Below, in pieces: positions 45,475 through 54,333 of a stretch of 64,000 bases of DNA. Origin of the DNA: Clostridiales bacterium. GTDB taxonomy: Bacteria > Bacillota > Dehalobacteriia > UBA7702. The notes beneath the pieces were generated by a model. It saw only the letters and a list, made by a program, of their open reading frames with translations, did no database searches and was not told the DNA's origin. Location of the stretch: NCBI GenBank assembly GCA_036644995.1, contig JAVXOZ010000005.1, positions 28,067 to 92,066 on the forward strand. Direction: 5' to 3'. The stretch's first letter is position 1. Every line of letters starts with the position of its first letter. A program made the translations under genes and the position numbers.

Positions 45475-47372
45475 TAAATATTTAGGGCTGCCCGTTTTGC
45501 TTTTATGTGCTCAACTATGGTGTTAGCTGCCACAATCGGGTCTTCCTCCACAAAGAATTTACCACCAACCAAAGATGCCAAATCATCGGTGAGAACTTTG
45601 GTTACCGTAGCACTGCCCAGCACGTTGGGTGCCATGCCAAGGTGGGTTAATAATCCCATATCCACAGCCCATGTCCCAATGGAAAGGGCTTTTTCGTGGT
45701 TAAGCTCAGGGGCGGATGCTGCCACAGGCAAATCCTTAATTGCCACCCCTAAATAATCCCCTAAGGCTACAAGTAAATCTCCAATTCTGGCATTATCCAC
45801 ACAGCTACCCATATGGAGCACAGGTGGTAATGGCCCACCCAAGCCTGCGGCATTACCCACAGCTTCTAAAACTGCCAGCAAGCCTTCACCTGCATATTTT
45901 TTAGCACCTTCAGGGTTCATTAACCCTGCTTTACCCAAAGCATGGGCAGCACAACCCGTTACTACCACCAAAACATTTTGTTTAACCAATTCTTTGGCAA
46001 GTCCCACAATAATTTTATCTTGGGGGAATTTTACATTATTGCAGCCCACAATACCCACGGCTCCAAGAACATTGCCTAACACTATATTATCCATTAAGGG
46101 TTTTAGGGGATTTTCCCCATTCAAATTTGCCAAAGCTGCCACAATGGCTTCCACGGAAAATCCACCCCACATTTCACATTTATCCGAGGGAATATTTACC
46201 TTGGCTCCATTGCGGTTTTTATAGGATTCTATTGCCATCCGCACAATTTTTGCCGCATCTTCATCAGCGGTTTCCGGAGCAAAGGGTACATGCTGGGCAC
46301 CGGGAATTTTGCCAATGGCATGGGTTGTAACAATTTTAGTATGATAACAGGCGGCAACCTGGGGTAAAGATGGCATGATACATTGCACATCCACCACCAT
46401 TAAATCCACAGCACCTGTAACAATGGCTAATTCTTGAGATAGGAAATTACCTGCTGCGGCAACACCTTGACGCATTAAAACTTCATTACCTGTGCAGCAT
46501 ACACCTGAAAGTTTAATACCTGCTGCACCTGCTGCTTTGGCTTCATCTTCTAATTTTCTGCCCCATTCCACAATTTTTTCCGAAAGGAAGGGAACATGGC
46601 CATGAACCACAATATTGACTTTATCCGCCTCTAAAACACCAAGATTAGCTTCGGTTTTTACAGGGGTAGGAGTACCAAAAACAATATCCTGAACATCTGT
46701 GCCTAATTTTAAACCGGAATAGCCATCCACAATACCCATTTTTGCGGTGTTAAGCAATAAATTTGTGGCATCTGCATCCACCCCCATAGTGGTTTCGTGG
46801 ATAGAGCGACGAATTTCCTGATCGGGACTTTTTGGTAAAATTCCCAATTTTCTCCAAGTTTCCACTCTTTCAGCAGGGGCATTGGCTTTTAAAAACGCCA
46901 TGGTTTCCTGACCCGGAGCAAAATCACGGAATAAAACTTCAGTTAATTCTTTTGCCAAATCATTTTTTTCTTTATTTTCAACATCTATACCTAATTTAGA
47001 AGCTACGGCTTTTAATTTAGCTTCATCTTTGATTTCATAAGGAACTTTACCTTCTGCTGCCAATTCCAAAATTTCCACAGCTTCAAAAGCATGGTCCACA
47101 TGGGTGGCTGCTCCCCCTGTAACACTGCGAAGGAGATTTCTGGCAACTATTGTATCCGCATCCGCACCGCAAATACCACGTTTTGGTTCACCAAAAGGAT
47201 TAATGCGGCAAGGACCTTGAAGGCAGTTTTTACAGCAAACCCCCAATTCACCAAATCCGCATTGTGGTTGCTGTGCTTCGTATCTGTCCCAGCATATTTC
47301 AACATTATCACTAAAGGCTTTATCTATCATTTTTAACGAGGCGGCATCTATGGATTTCTCCCTATTTTTCAT
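45474..47372 (-). CDS. cooS: anaerobic carbon-monoxide dehydrogenase catalytic subunit
   Basis: 632 aa with N-terminal CxxxxxxxC and CCKNCLQGPC cluster motifs and Ni-CODH-like sequence throughout. Confidence 0.92.
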   Translation of the reverse strand: MKNREKSIDAASLKMIDKAFSDNVEICWDRYEAQQPQCGFGELGVCCKNCLQGPCRINPFGEPKRGICGADADTIVARNLLRSVTGGAATHVDHAFEAVEILELAAEGKVPYEIKDEAKLKAVASKLGIDVENKEKNDLAKELTEVLFRDFAPGQETMAFLKANAPAERVETWRKLGILPKSPDQEIRRSIHETTMGVDADATNLLLNTAKMGIVDGYSGLKLGTDVQDIVFGTPTPVKTEANLGVLEADKVNIVVHGHVPFLSEKIVEWGRKLEDEAKAAGAAGIKLSGVCCTGNEVLMRQGVAAAGNFLSQELAIVTGAVDLMVVDVQCIMPSLPQVAACYHTKIVTTHAIGKIPGAQHVPFAPETADEDAAKIVRMAIESYKNRNGAKVNIPSDKCEMWGGFSVEAIVAALANLNGENPLKPLMDNIVLGNVLGAVGIVGCNNVKFPQDKIIVGLAKELVKQNVLVVVTGCAAHALGKAGLMNPEGAKKYAGEGLLAVLEAVGNAAGLGGPLPPVLHMGSCVDNARIGDLLVALGDYLGVAIKDLPVAASAPELNHEKALSIGTWAVDMGLLTHLGMAPNVLGSATVTKVLTDDLASLVGGKFFVEEDPIVAANTIVEHIKAKRAALNI

Positions 47373-47373
47373 C

Positions 47374-47865
47374 TTACATAGCTCCTTTCAGGTAATTTAC
47401 AATATAATCTGTTTTCTTTCCTTGGTCATATTCTTCAATTTCTTCATAGGTTAAAGCACCGGTAGGACAAGAAGCAGCACAGGCAGGCACACCGGTTTCT
47501 TTACAAAGGTCACATTTTACCGCCTTATGATTAAGCCCTTCAGATATGGCACCCAAGGGGCAGGTCATAACACACATCCAGCAGCCAACACATTTTTGGC
47601 TATCACAAATAACCGCACCGGAAACCTCATCTCTGTGTAAAGCATGTGTGATACAGGCTTTAATACAGTGGGCATCGGTACAATGGCGGCATTGCAAAGG
47701 AAAACACATTGTTTTATCCGCCAATACCTTAACGGATATCGGGGGAGTTTCACCGCCCAACACAGCACCAAGAAAAGATTTGGCTTTACTGTGAGAAGTG
47801 GCACATGCTAATTCGCAAGTATGGCAACCTAAGCATTTTTCAAAGTTTACCATTACTTTTTTCAA
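47374..47865 (-). CDS. cooF: CooF-type 4Fe-4S ferredoxin
   Basis: Multiple CxxCxxCxxxC motifs. The start is set at TTG 47865, 8 nt after GGAG. ATG 47853 is an alternative and the track start at 47982 is unlikely. Confidence 0.75.
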   Translation of the reverse strand: MKKVMVNFEKCLGCHTCELACATSHSKAKSFLGAVLGGETPPISVKVLADKTMCFPLQCRHCTDAHCIKACITHALHRDEVSGAVICDSQKCVGCWMCVMTCPLGAISEGLNHKAVKCDLCKETGVPACAASCPTGALTYEEIEEYDQGKKTDYIVNYLKGAM

Positions 47866-48073
47866 GTTAATCACTCCTTTTTTGCGTTGAACATCACTTT
47901 TTTTTTGCAAACTACGATGTAACAACAAGATTTTATACTTTATATATATATTTAGTATACACTTGCAAAGAAAGAAAAACAACTTATTTTTGGTTTTTAA
48001 TAACCTATTATTTTCATTTAATAAGAAGAAAAGCCAATCAATGATGGGATTAATATTTTATTATAGATTAAAT

Positions 48074-48298
48074 GGGGGTTATGCCCAAGGAACTATGTTA
48101 AAAGAATCTATGTTAAATGAGGTCTATGCCCAAGGGGGTTATGCCCAAGGGGTTCGTGCCCAAGAGGGCTATGTTAAAGAAGTGGGGCTATGTTAAATTG
48201 GTTTGTGCCCAAGTGGAGCTATGTTAAATTAGTACTATCTTAAAGGGGGTCTACGCTAAATTGCTCTACGCTAAAGCCGAAGGATGTCTACACTAAAT
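48074..48298. repeat. degenerate tandem array, about 14 units of 14-17 nt
   Basis: The units GGTTATGCCCAAGG, GCTATGTTAAA and GTCTACGCTAAA drift along the array. Confidence 0.85.
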
Positions 48299-48489
48299 GC
48301 TGTGGTGCGGAATAAAAACGTAATTTTTACCACGGTATAGACCATATATAACAAAAAACCTACTTTCCGATGGGGGTCTGTGCCCAAGTTAAATGGGGTC
48401 TACACTAAATGCTGTGGTGCGGAATAAAAACGTAATTTTTACCACGGTATAGACCATTTTCATATATAACAAAAAACCTACTTTCCGAT
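48286..48489. repeat. two direct repeats of about 86-92 nt separated by 26 nt
   Basis: 48286-48371 and 48398-48489 are nearly identical apart from a 4-nt insertion. Each contains a bulged hairpin GTGGT...AAAAA-CGTAA-TTTTT-ACCAC. Confidence 0.9.
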
Positions 48490-48516
48490 ATGGCATAGCT
48501 ATTTTATTATATAGCA

Positions 48517-48553
48517 AAAGACCTACCTTCCGATGTGGAAAATAGGTCTTTTT
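48517..48553 (-). terminator. intrinsic terminator of tRNA-Val
   Basis: AAAGACCTA/TAGGTCTTT stem flanked by A and T runs, immediately 3' of the tRNA. Confidence 0.75.
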
Positions 48554-48630
48554 TGGTGGAGACAGCTGGATTCGAACCGGCGACCCCCTGCATGTGAGGC
48601 AGGTACTCTAACCTGCTGAGCTATGCCTCC
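48554..48630 (-). tRNA. tRNA-Val (anticodon CAC), CCA encoded
   Basis: Hand-folded cloverleaf: acceptor GGAGGCA/TGTCTCC, anticodon stem CCTGC/GCAGG with loop CTCACAT, T-arm GCCGG-TTCGAAT-CCGGC. 77 nt. Confidence 0.9.
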
Positions 48631-48642
48631 CCAATTAAATTT

Positions 48643-48671
48643 ATTGTAACACTATTTACTTCAAGTTTCAA
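48643..48671 (-). promoter_or_regulatory. sigma-A type promoter for tRNA-Val
   Basis: On the minus strand, TTGAAA, 17 nt, TACAAT, with a TGT extended -10. It lies 12 nt upstream of the mature 5' end. Confidence 0.65.
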
Positions 48672-48864
48672 TAAAATATTTAAACTTTTTTAATTTATTG
48701 GGAAACATATGGTTATTCGGCTTATAAAAAATTAGATATTAGCACAATAACACATTTTACCAAAGGGCGAGTAAACCCACGGTTGATTTTATCAACCTAA
48801 ATTAACTACCAATCCATTGACTCTTTAGGTGATATCCTTATACTTATACATAGAGGTGATAAAC

Positions 48865-49971
48865 ATGAATGAAATAAATATCGGAAAAATACTAACTCAA
48901 AAAAGAAAAGAAAAAGGCATTACCCAAGATGAACTTGGAGAATACATCGGGGTTTCCAAAGCCTCGGTTTCCAAATGGGAAACCGCACAAAGCTACCCGG
49001 ACATTACATTGATACCCAAACTTGCAGCCTATTTTAACATTACCATAGACCGCTTAATGGACTACAAGCCCCAAATGTCCAAAGAAGAAATTGCCAAGGT
49101 ATATTTTGATTTTACCGTTGATTTTACCCAAGAACCCTTTGACGATGTGATGAATAAGGTCAGAGCAACGGTGCAAAAATACTACTCCTGCTTTCCCCTG
49201 ATTCTGCAAATGGGCATTTTAACCATCAACCACTATGAGCTGGCAAAGTCCGAAAATAAATTAGATATAATAAAGGAAGCCGTAACTTGGTTTATCCGCA
49301 TTAAAACTCAAAGCGAAAATAACGAAATACGCAAAGAAGCCGAATATATGGAAGCAATTTGCCATATTATTTTAGAAGAACCACAAATAACCTTGGAGAT
49401 ATTAGGGGAAAATATTCCAAATCTCTATGATAACACCCAGCTCCTTGCCTCCGCCTATACCATGACCGGAAACAGCGAAAAAGCCAAAGAAACATTGGAA
49501 TTGGGCATATTTAACCATTTGCTGTGTTTAACCCAAAATCTTTTGGGTTTTCTGCCCTTTGCCATGGATAATATGGATTTATTTGAGGAAATTTCAAAAC
49601 GTCTTTTTGCTATCTCCGAAGTATTTAATTTAGAAAAATTGCACCCCAGCTCCATGATTGGGATTTACATTACCTCGGCTCAAAACTATGCTTTGGCAAA
49701 TAATACCGAAAAAACCTTAGAGATGCTGGAAAAATACGCTGATTTGGTTACAAGTGATATTTATCCCCTAAAATTACACGGCGATGAGTTTTTCGATTTA
49801 ATTGACCCATGGCTTAATGATTTGGAATTGGGTACATCTGCACCACGTGATGAAAAAACCATTAAAGCATCTATGATAAACAGCGTTTCACAAAATCCAT
49901 CCTTTGGGGCATTAACAGATAATAAAAGGTACAATAAAATTATTAAGAAATTAAGTACACTTTTAGCATAA
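48865..49971 (+). CDS. XRE family HTH regulator with a large helical (TPR-like) C-terminal domain
   Basis: ATG 48865 lies 5 nt after AGAGGTGA. The HTH is ITQDELGEYIGVSKASVSKWE. The C-terminal ~300 aa are all-helical. Confidence 0.8.
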   Translation: MNEINIGKILTQKRKEKGITQDELGEYIGVSKASVSKWETAQSYPDITLIPKLAAYFNITIDRLMDYKPQMSKEEIAKVYFDFTVDFTQEPFDDVMNKVRATVQKYYSCFPLILQMGILTINHYELAKSENKLDIIKEAVTWFIRIKTQSENNEIRKEAEYMEAICHIILEEPQITLEILGENIPNLYDNTQLLASAYTMTGNSEKAKETLELGIFNHLLCLTQNLLGFLPFAMDNMDLFEEISKRLFAISEVFNLEKLHPSSMIGIYITSAQNYALANNTEKTLEMLEKYADLVTSDIYPLKLHGDEFFDLIDPWLNDLELGTSAPRDEKTIKASMINSVSQNPSFGALTDNKRYNKIIKKLSTLLA

Positions 49972-50051
49972 AAAATAAGTTAATTTTATTAGATTAAAAC
50001 TTTTAGCAAACTTCAAAAACTTAAATGGGTAAATACACCAAACTCCTCATT

Positions 50052-50157
50052 TCGGATATATCCCGATATACTCGATGTATCCCGTTGTATCCGATATACT
50101 CGTTGTATCCCGTTGTATCCCGTTGTATCCGATATACTCGATGTATCCGATATAATA
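50052..50157. repeat. degenerate tandem array (units GTATCCCGTT and GTATCCGATATACTCGWT)
   Basis: About 8 units of 10-18 nt between the regulator stop and its terminator. Confidence 0.85.
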
Positions 50158-50208
50158 AGAATCGAAAATTTGGTGAGTTTCACATTATCACATTTTCTCA
50201 ACAATCTT

Positions 50209-50242
50209 GCATATCTTGATTTTTCAAGATATGCTTTTTTTT
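50209..50242 (+). terminator. intrinsic terminator
   Basis: Perfect 11-bp stem GCATATCTTGA/TCAAGATATGC, 4-nt loop, then T8. Confidence 0.85.
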
Positions 50243-50373
50243 AGACAAGTTTCCTTGGGCTTAAAAACCGCATATATATAAAGATGTACTATAAAATCCC
50301 AAATTACAAGGCTCTTACCATAAGCTAAACTTAAAAATCCATTACCATAAATCAAAAAAAATAAAGGAGTAAG

Positions 50374-50763
50374 ATGATGAACGAAAACAAAGATTTAATC
50401 GGCACCAATGAAACCTGCCCTGCTGTGGGGTATCAGGCTTTATCCATTTGTGTTCCCATTACCATAACACCTTTTGCCAAACCCGGCACCACTGTTACTA
50501 AGTGCTGCGGCAATCCTGTGGTAAAATCCGGTAGAGTACCATGTGAAGGCGAAAAAAACGGTGCTTGTTATTTCACCATAAGCCAAGATATTTGCGTGGA
50601 AGTGCCCATAGATTTTGGTGCAACAGCCCAAGAAGGAGATACCTATGTAAACTGCAAAGGCGCATCCGCAGACGATATTTGCACAGAATGCTCCAAGCAC
50701 ATCCCTGCACCTGCACCCCAATCTGCACCTAAAGCTGAAGCCATATCCACAACTGAAGCTTAA
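50374..50763 (+). CDS. Cys-rich small protein, paralog 1 (10 Cys, no signal peptide)
   Basis: AAAGGAG RBS. 129 aa. Shares the ICVPITITPFA...CCGNPVV...FTISQDICVEV...FGAT..EGDTYVNCK scaffold with the next ORF. Confidence 0.75.
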   Translation: MMNENKDLIGTNETCPAVGYQALSICVPITITPFAKPGTTVTKCCGNPVVKSGRVPCEGEKNGACYFTISQDICVEVPIDFGATAQEGDTYVNCKGASADDICTECSKHIPAPAPQSAPKAEAISTTEA

Positions 50764-50765
50764 TC

Positions 50766-51083
50766 ATGGCAGAAAAAAAGCAGCATGACTGCGGTTGCGA
50801 AAAGGAAAATTCAACTTGCTTAAATAAAACTGCTCACTATGCAGAAATTGGCTTACCCCTAAACATAATACCCTATGCCACAGTTAAAAAAGTAAGTACC
50901 CAATGCTGTGGTGAACCCATAATTGCACCTTTTTCCTCACAATCTCCCTGTGGCTGCGATATTTTCATTACCCAAGCATTGTGCATTAGGGTTGAGGTGG
51001 AATACGGTTCCACGGTAAATCAGGGAGATGCCACGGTAAACTGTAAACCGAACTCAACTTGTGCCGATTCTTACTTTGGTTAA
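50766..51083 (+). CDS. Cys-rich small protein, paralog 2 (10 Cys)
   Basis: Starts 3 nt after paralog 1. 105 aa. IGLPLNIIPYA...CCGEPII...FITQALCIRV...YGST..QGDATVNCK aligns with paralog 1. Confidence 0.75.
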   Translation: MAEKKQHDCGCEKENSTCLNKTAHYAEIGLPLNIIPYATVKKVSTQCCGEPIIAPFSSQSPCGCDIFITQALCIRVEVEYGSTVNQGDATVNCKPNSTCADSYFG

Positions 51084-51097
51084 AAATGCAAAATAAT

Positions 51098-51197
51098 AAA
51101 ACACCGAAATAGCTGTTTTTAAACCATTATTACCCATAAGTTAGATTTTTTCCGCCTAATTTATGGATTGGTTTATTACGCTATCTCGGTGTTTTTT
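51098..51197. terminator. about 100-nt three-tier hairpin between convergent operons
   Basis: Outer stem ACACCGAAATAGC/GCTATCTCGGTGT, middle AAACCA/TGGTTT, inner CCATAA/TTATGG. T-rich runs on both sides. Confidence 0.55.
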
Positions 51198-51240
51198 ATA
51201 GTACATTTAAATTATATTGCCATAATAGTTATTTTCGATT

Positions 51241-52062
51241 TTAATTTTCCGCCTTTAAAAAGCGGTCTTTTCCGCAAAGGTCTTTAATTATCTGGGTACT
51301 TTTAAAATATTCTTGGGCAAATTTTAAAATATCCCCACCTTGGTTTTCACCTATTTCCATCAAAAAAAGTCCCTGTGTTTTCATAAATTGCGGTGCTTCC
51401 TTTAGTATTTTATAGCACAAAGATAAACCATCATCCCCACCATACAATGCCAAATCAGGTTCAAAAGTTAATTCCTTGGGGATATTTGCCATCTCCTCTT
51501 TGGTTAAATAAGGGGGGTTAGCAGTGATAATATCAAATTTCATATATTGGGGCACAGCTTTAAACAAATCGCCGTTATAAAGTTTTACTTTTACCTTATT
51601 TAAAGCCGCATTTTCCTTTGCTATTTTTAAAGCTTGGGGTGATATATCTGCGGCGTGAAATTTGCCTGCTAAATTTTTTGCCAAAGATATAATAATACAG
51701 CCCGACCCTGTGCAAAGATCCAACACATTCAAATACTCATCTTTTCCCCACTCTATGGCGGTTTGCACCAAAATTTCTGTTTCCGGGCGTGGCACCAAAA
51801 CATCGGCATTAACCTTAAAATTTAAGCCGAAAAAATCTTGACTACCCATAACATATTGAAAGGGTTCGCCATTTTCCAAGCGTTCAATAGCAGTATGGCA
51901 TTGGGCAAAATCCCTGATTGATATTTCTTCATCGCCCAAAACCAAGATTTTTTTACCGCTGATTTCTTCCAAAAGCCAACGGCTTTCATTTTCGCCATTT
52001 TCACGAAAAGCCAAATTTTCTTTTAACCATTTATATAATTGGGCATAGGTATGCGGCAGCAT
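51241..52062 (-). CDS. prmC: release factor glutamine N5-methyltransferase
   Basis: 273 aa with the NPPY motif (ITANPPYL) and SAM motif LDLCTGSG, downstream of prfA. Confidence 0.9.
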   Translation of the reverse strand: MLPHTYAQLYKWLKENLAFRENGENESRWLLEEISGKKILVLGDEEISIRDFAQCHTAIERLENGEPFQYVMGSQDFFGLNFKVNADVLVPRPETEILVQTAIEWGKDEYLNVLDLCTGSGCIIISLAKNLAGKFHAADISPQALKIAKENAALNKVKVKLYNGDLFKAVPQYMKFDIITANPPYLTKEEMANIPKELTFEPDLALYGGDDGLSLCYKILKEAPQFMKTQGLFLMEIGENQGGDILKFAQEYFKSTQIIKDLCGKDRFLKAEN

Positions 52063-52063
52063 T

Positions 52064-53134
52064 TTATTCCACCCCGGCTTTTAATTGCTGCATCTGCTCA
52101 TCACTGATAAGGGCATCAATTATTTCATCAATATTCCCCTCTAAAATAGAATCCAAACGGTGCAAAGTCAGCCCCACTCTGTGGTCTGTAACTCTGCCTT
52201 GGGGGAAATTAAAGGTGCGAATACGTTCGGAACGGTCGCCACTGCCCACCATGGATTTACGTTGGCTGGAAATATCACCATTTATTTCTGCCTGCATGGC
52301 ATCGTAAATACGGGCACGTAAAACTTTCATGCCTTTTTCCTTATTCCGAAGCTGGCTTTTTTCATCCTGACAGGAAACCACAATACCCGTGGGTAAATGG
52401 GTAAGACGCACCGCACTTTGGGTGGTATTAACACACTGCCCACCCGGGCCGCTGGCACAAAAAACATCTACTTTAATATCATTGGGGCCGATATCCACTT
52501 CCACATCCTCAGCCTCGGGCATAACTGCCACAGTGGCAGCGGATGTATGAACCCTGCCGCTGGCTTCGGTATCCGGCACACGCTGTACACGATGGACTCC
52601 GCTTTCATATTTTAAACGGCTGTAAACATTTTTACCTTCAATAAGGCAAACCACTTCTTTTACGCCGCCAATATCCGTAATATTACTGCTTAAAACTTCC
52701 ACTTTCCATTTGTTTTTTTCCGCATAACGGCCATACATTTTGTAGAGATCGTTGGCAAAAAGAGCTGCTTCTTCACCGCCCTGACCTGCACGTATTTCCA
52801 TAATTACGTTTTTGGCATCGTTGGGGTCTTTGGGCAGGAGCAAAAGTTTTAAATCCGCTTTGGCGGTTTCTATTTTTTCTTTAAGCTCATCTGCTTCCAG
52901 CTCTGCCATTTCTTTCATTTCCGCATCAGTTTCTTCGTTTAAAATTTCCAAAGTACCTTGTAATTCTTCATTCCAAGCTTTATATTCCCGAAATTTGCTC
53001 ACAATATCTTCTAAATCCGAATGGGCTTTTACGTGTTTTTTCCATTCTGTTTGGTCGTTTATCACTGCGGGATCACCAATCAACAATGATAATTCTTCGT
53101 ATTTTTCTTCTAATTGACTTAATTTATCGAACAT
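52064..53134 (-). CDS. prfA: peptide chain release factor 1
   Basis: 356 aa with the GGQ motif (GPGGQCVNT) and an RF1-type RVQRVP.TE region. Confidence 0.95.
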   Translation of the reverse strand: MFDKLSQLEEKYEELSLLIGDPAVINDQTEWKKHVKAHSDLEDIVSKFREYKAWNEELQGTLEILNEETDAEMKEMAELEADELKEKIETAKADLKLLLLPKDPNDAKNVIMEIRAGQGGEEAALFANDLYKMYGRYAEKNKWKVEVLSSNITDIGGVKEVVCLIEGKNVYSRLKYESGVHRVQRVPDTEASGRVHTSAATVAVMPEAEDVEVDIGPNDIKVDVFCASGPGGQCVNTTQSAVRLTHLPTGIVVSCQDEKSQLRNKEKGMKVLRARIYDAMQAEINGDISSQRKSMVGSGDRSERIRTFNFPQGRVTDHRVGLTLHRLDSILEGNIDEIIDALISDEQMQQLKAGVE

Positions 53135-54096
53135 TAATTAATTTCTTCCTCTGTTGTTTTTTCGCTTATTTCTTCGCCGTCAACTGTGTCGTTTTTCTGG
53201 TTATTGGGTGGCATTTCTTCGGGGTGGTCTTGGTAATAATTGGGTATAACTGCTTTTAAAGATGTTAAAGCAACTTCCAACTGAGATAAATCAGGTTCTT
53301 CGGTGGTGAGTTTTTGCATCCACAACCCCGGTGCCATAAAAATCCGCACCGCTTTATATTGGCAATGCCCTGCGGCAAACCTTGTAACCTCATAGGTTAG
53401 TCCCGCAATAAATGGCATTGATATAAGCTTAATTAAAATACGTGCCCAGGAGCTTTCTGTTTGACCCACAAAAGTGAAAACCACAATCATCACAATCATC
53501 ACCATTAGCATAAAGGCAGTGCCGCACCGCATATGCAAGGTGGTATACTTTTGGGCAGCTTCAGGCGTAAGTTCATCGTTATGCTCCCAAGCTGCAATGG
53601 ATTTATGCTCTGCTCCATGGTATTGAAACACACGGCGGATATCCTCCATGCGTCTGACTAAAACTATATAAAGTATAAAAATAGATATACGGATTATGCC
53701 TTCAACCAAGCTTCTGCCAAAATCACCGATATAGGGATGCAGCCAAGTGCCCAACATAACAGGGGCGGCAAAAAACATGGCTAAAACCACCACCACCGCC
53801 ACGGCTATGGCTAAAAACATACCCCAAAAGCCCAAATCCTCATCTTCTTCACCGGATTGATTCGCAGACCAAGTGATATTTTTCATACCCAAAGCCATCA
53901 TCTCGATAAGGTTAACAAATCCCCTGATAATAGGCCATTTTAAGATGGGGTATTTATTTTTGATTGTATCCACAGGCTCTTTTTTGGTTATAATTTCTCC
54001 GTTTTCTTTGCGTACGGATACGGCATATTCCTTGGGACCCATCATCATTACACCTTCGATGACCGCCTGACCCCCATAATAAAAAGGTTTTTTCAT
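53134..54096 (-). CDS. DUF1385 domain membrane protein
   Basis: The N-terminus [13 protein letters not shown] is family-typical, and it holds the conserved position upstream of prfA/prmC. Confidence 0.75.
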   Translation of the reverse strand: MKKPFYYGGQAVIEGVMMMGPKEYAVSVRKENGEIITKKEPVDTIKNKYPILKWPIIRGFVNLIEMMALGMKNITWSANQSGEEDEDLGFWGMFLAIAVAVVVVLAMFFAAPVMLGTWLHPYIGDFGRSLVEGIIRISIFILYIVLVRRMEDIRRVFQYHGAEHKSIAAWEHNDELTPEAAQKYTTLHMRCGTAFMLMVMIVMIVVFTFVGQTESSWARILIKLISMPFIAGLTYEVTRFAAGHCQYKAVRIFMAPGLWMQKLTTEEPDLSQLEVALTSLKAVIPNYYQDHPEEMPPNNQKNDTVDGEEISEKTTEEEIN

Positions 54097-54161
54097 TAAT
54101 ACATTCCTTTTTTAATTTACAAACCGCCAAATATTGGCAAGTGTGATTTTTCATAGCAAAA

Positions 54162-54182
54162 AACGGAGCTTAACGCTCCGTT
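54162..54182 (-). terminator. intrinsic terminator closing structured element copy C
   Basis: AACGGAGC-loop-GCTCCGTT followed by T6 on the minus strand. Confidence 0.75.
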
Positions 54183-54333
54183 GCAGATTGTGAACAAAAT
54201 GAAATTTTGCCTGCACAATTAGGACTTTAAAAAGACTTAACCCGACGAAAATAGTAAGCAGAATTTCGGGGTAAATACACCAAAAAATCGGCAATTAATA
54301 TTTTCGGCGAGCATCAGACTTTTTAATGCCTTA
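54183..54333 (-). repeat. rod-like structured intergenic element, divergent copy C
   Basis: Shares the AAAGACTTA...CG.CGAAAA / TTTTCGGCG...ATCAGACTTT helix, with the same internal mismatches as copies A and B. Bracketed by duplicated hairpins at 54162-54182 and 54334-54354. Confidence 0.65.

Noticed and set aside
47866-47982. Long N-terminal extensions proposed by the ORF track (cooF to 47982, tldD to 9470, maf to 29023, minC to 23478, DUF2344 to 17547, M23 to 20716, znuB to 35002, rpmE to 54586)
   Set aside because: Each extension overlaps the upstream gene or lacks an RBS. An internal start with a good Shine-Dalgarno sequence gives the family-typical N-terminus.
47963-48196. Track ORF 47963..48196 (+), and likewise 50013..50204 (-), 50025..50219 (+) and 13458..13745 (+)
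   Set aside because: They are reading frames through tandem arrays or opposite the SCIFF gene. Their peptide sequences are repetitive artefacts (GYAQG..., YTRCIRY...) and they have no RBS.
48286-48830. An integrative element or prophage att site at tRNA-Val
   Set aside because: The direct repeats do not include tRNA sequence and lie on the terminator side. No integrase or phage genes flank the tRNA. The adjacent plus-strand genes are a regulator and two small proteins only.
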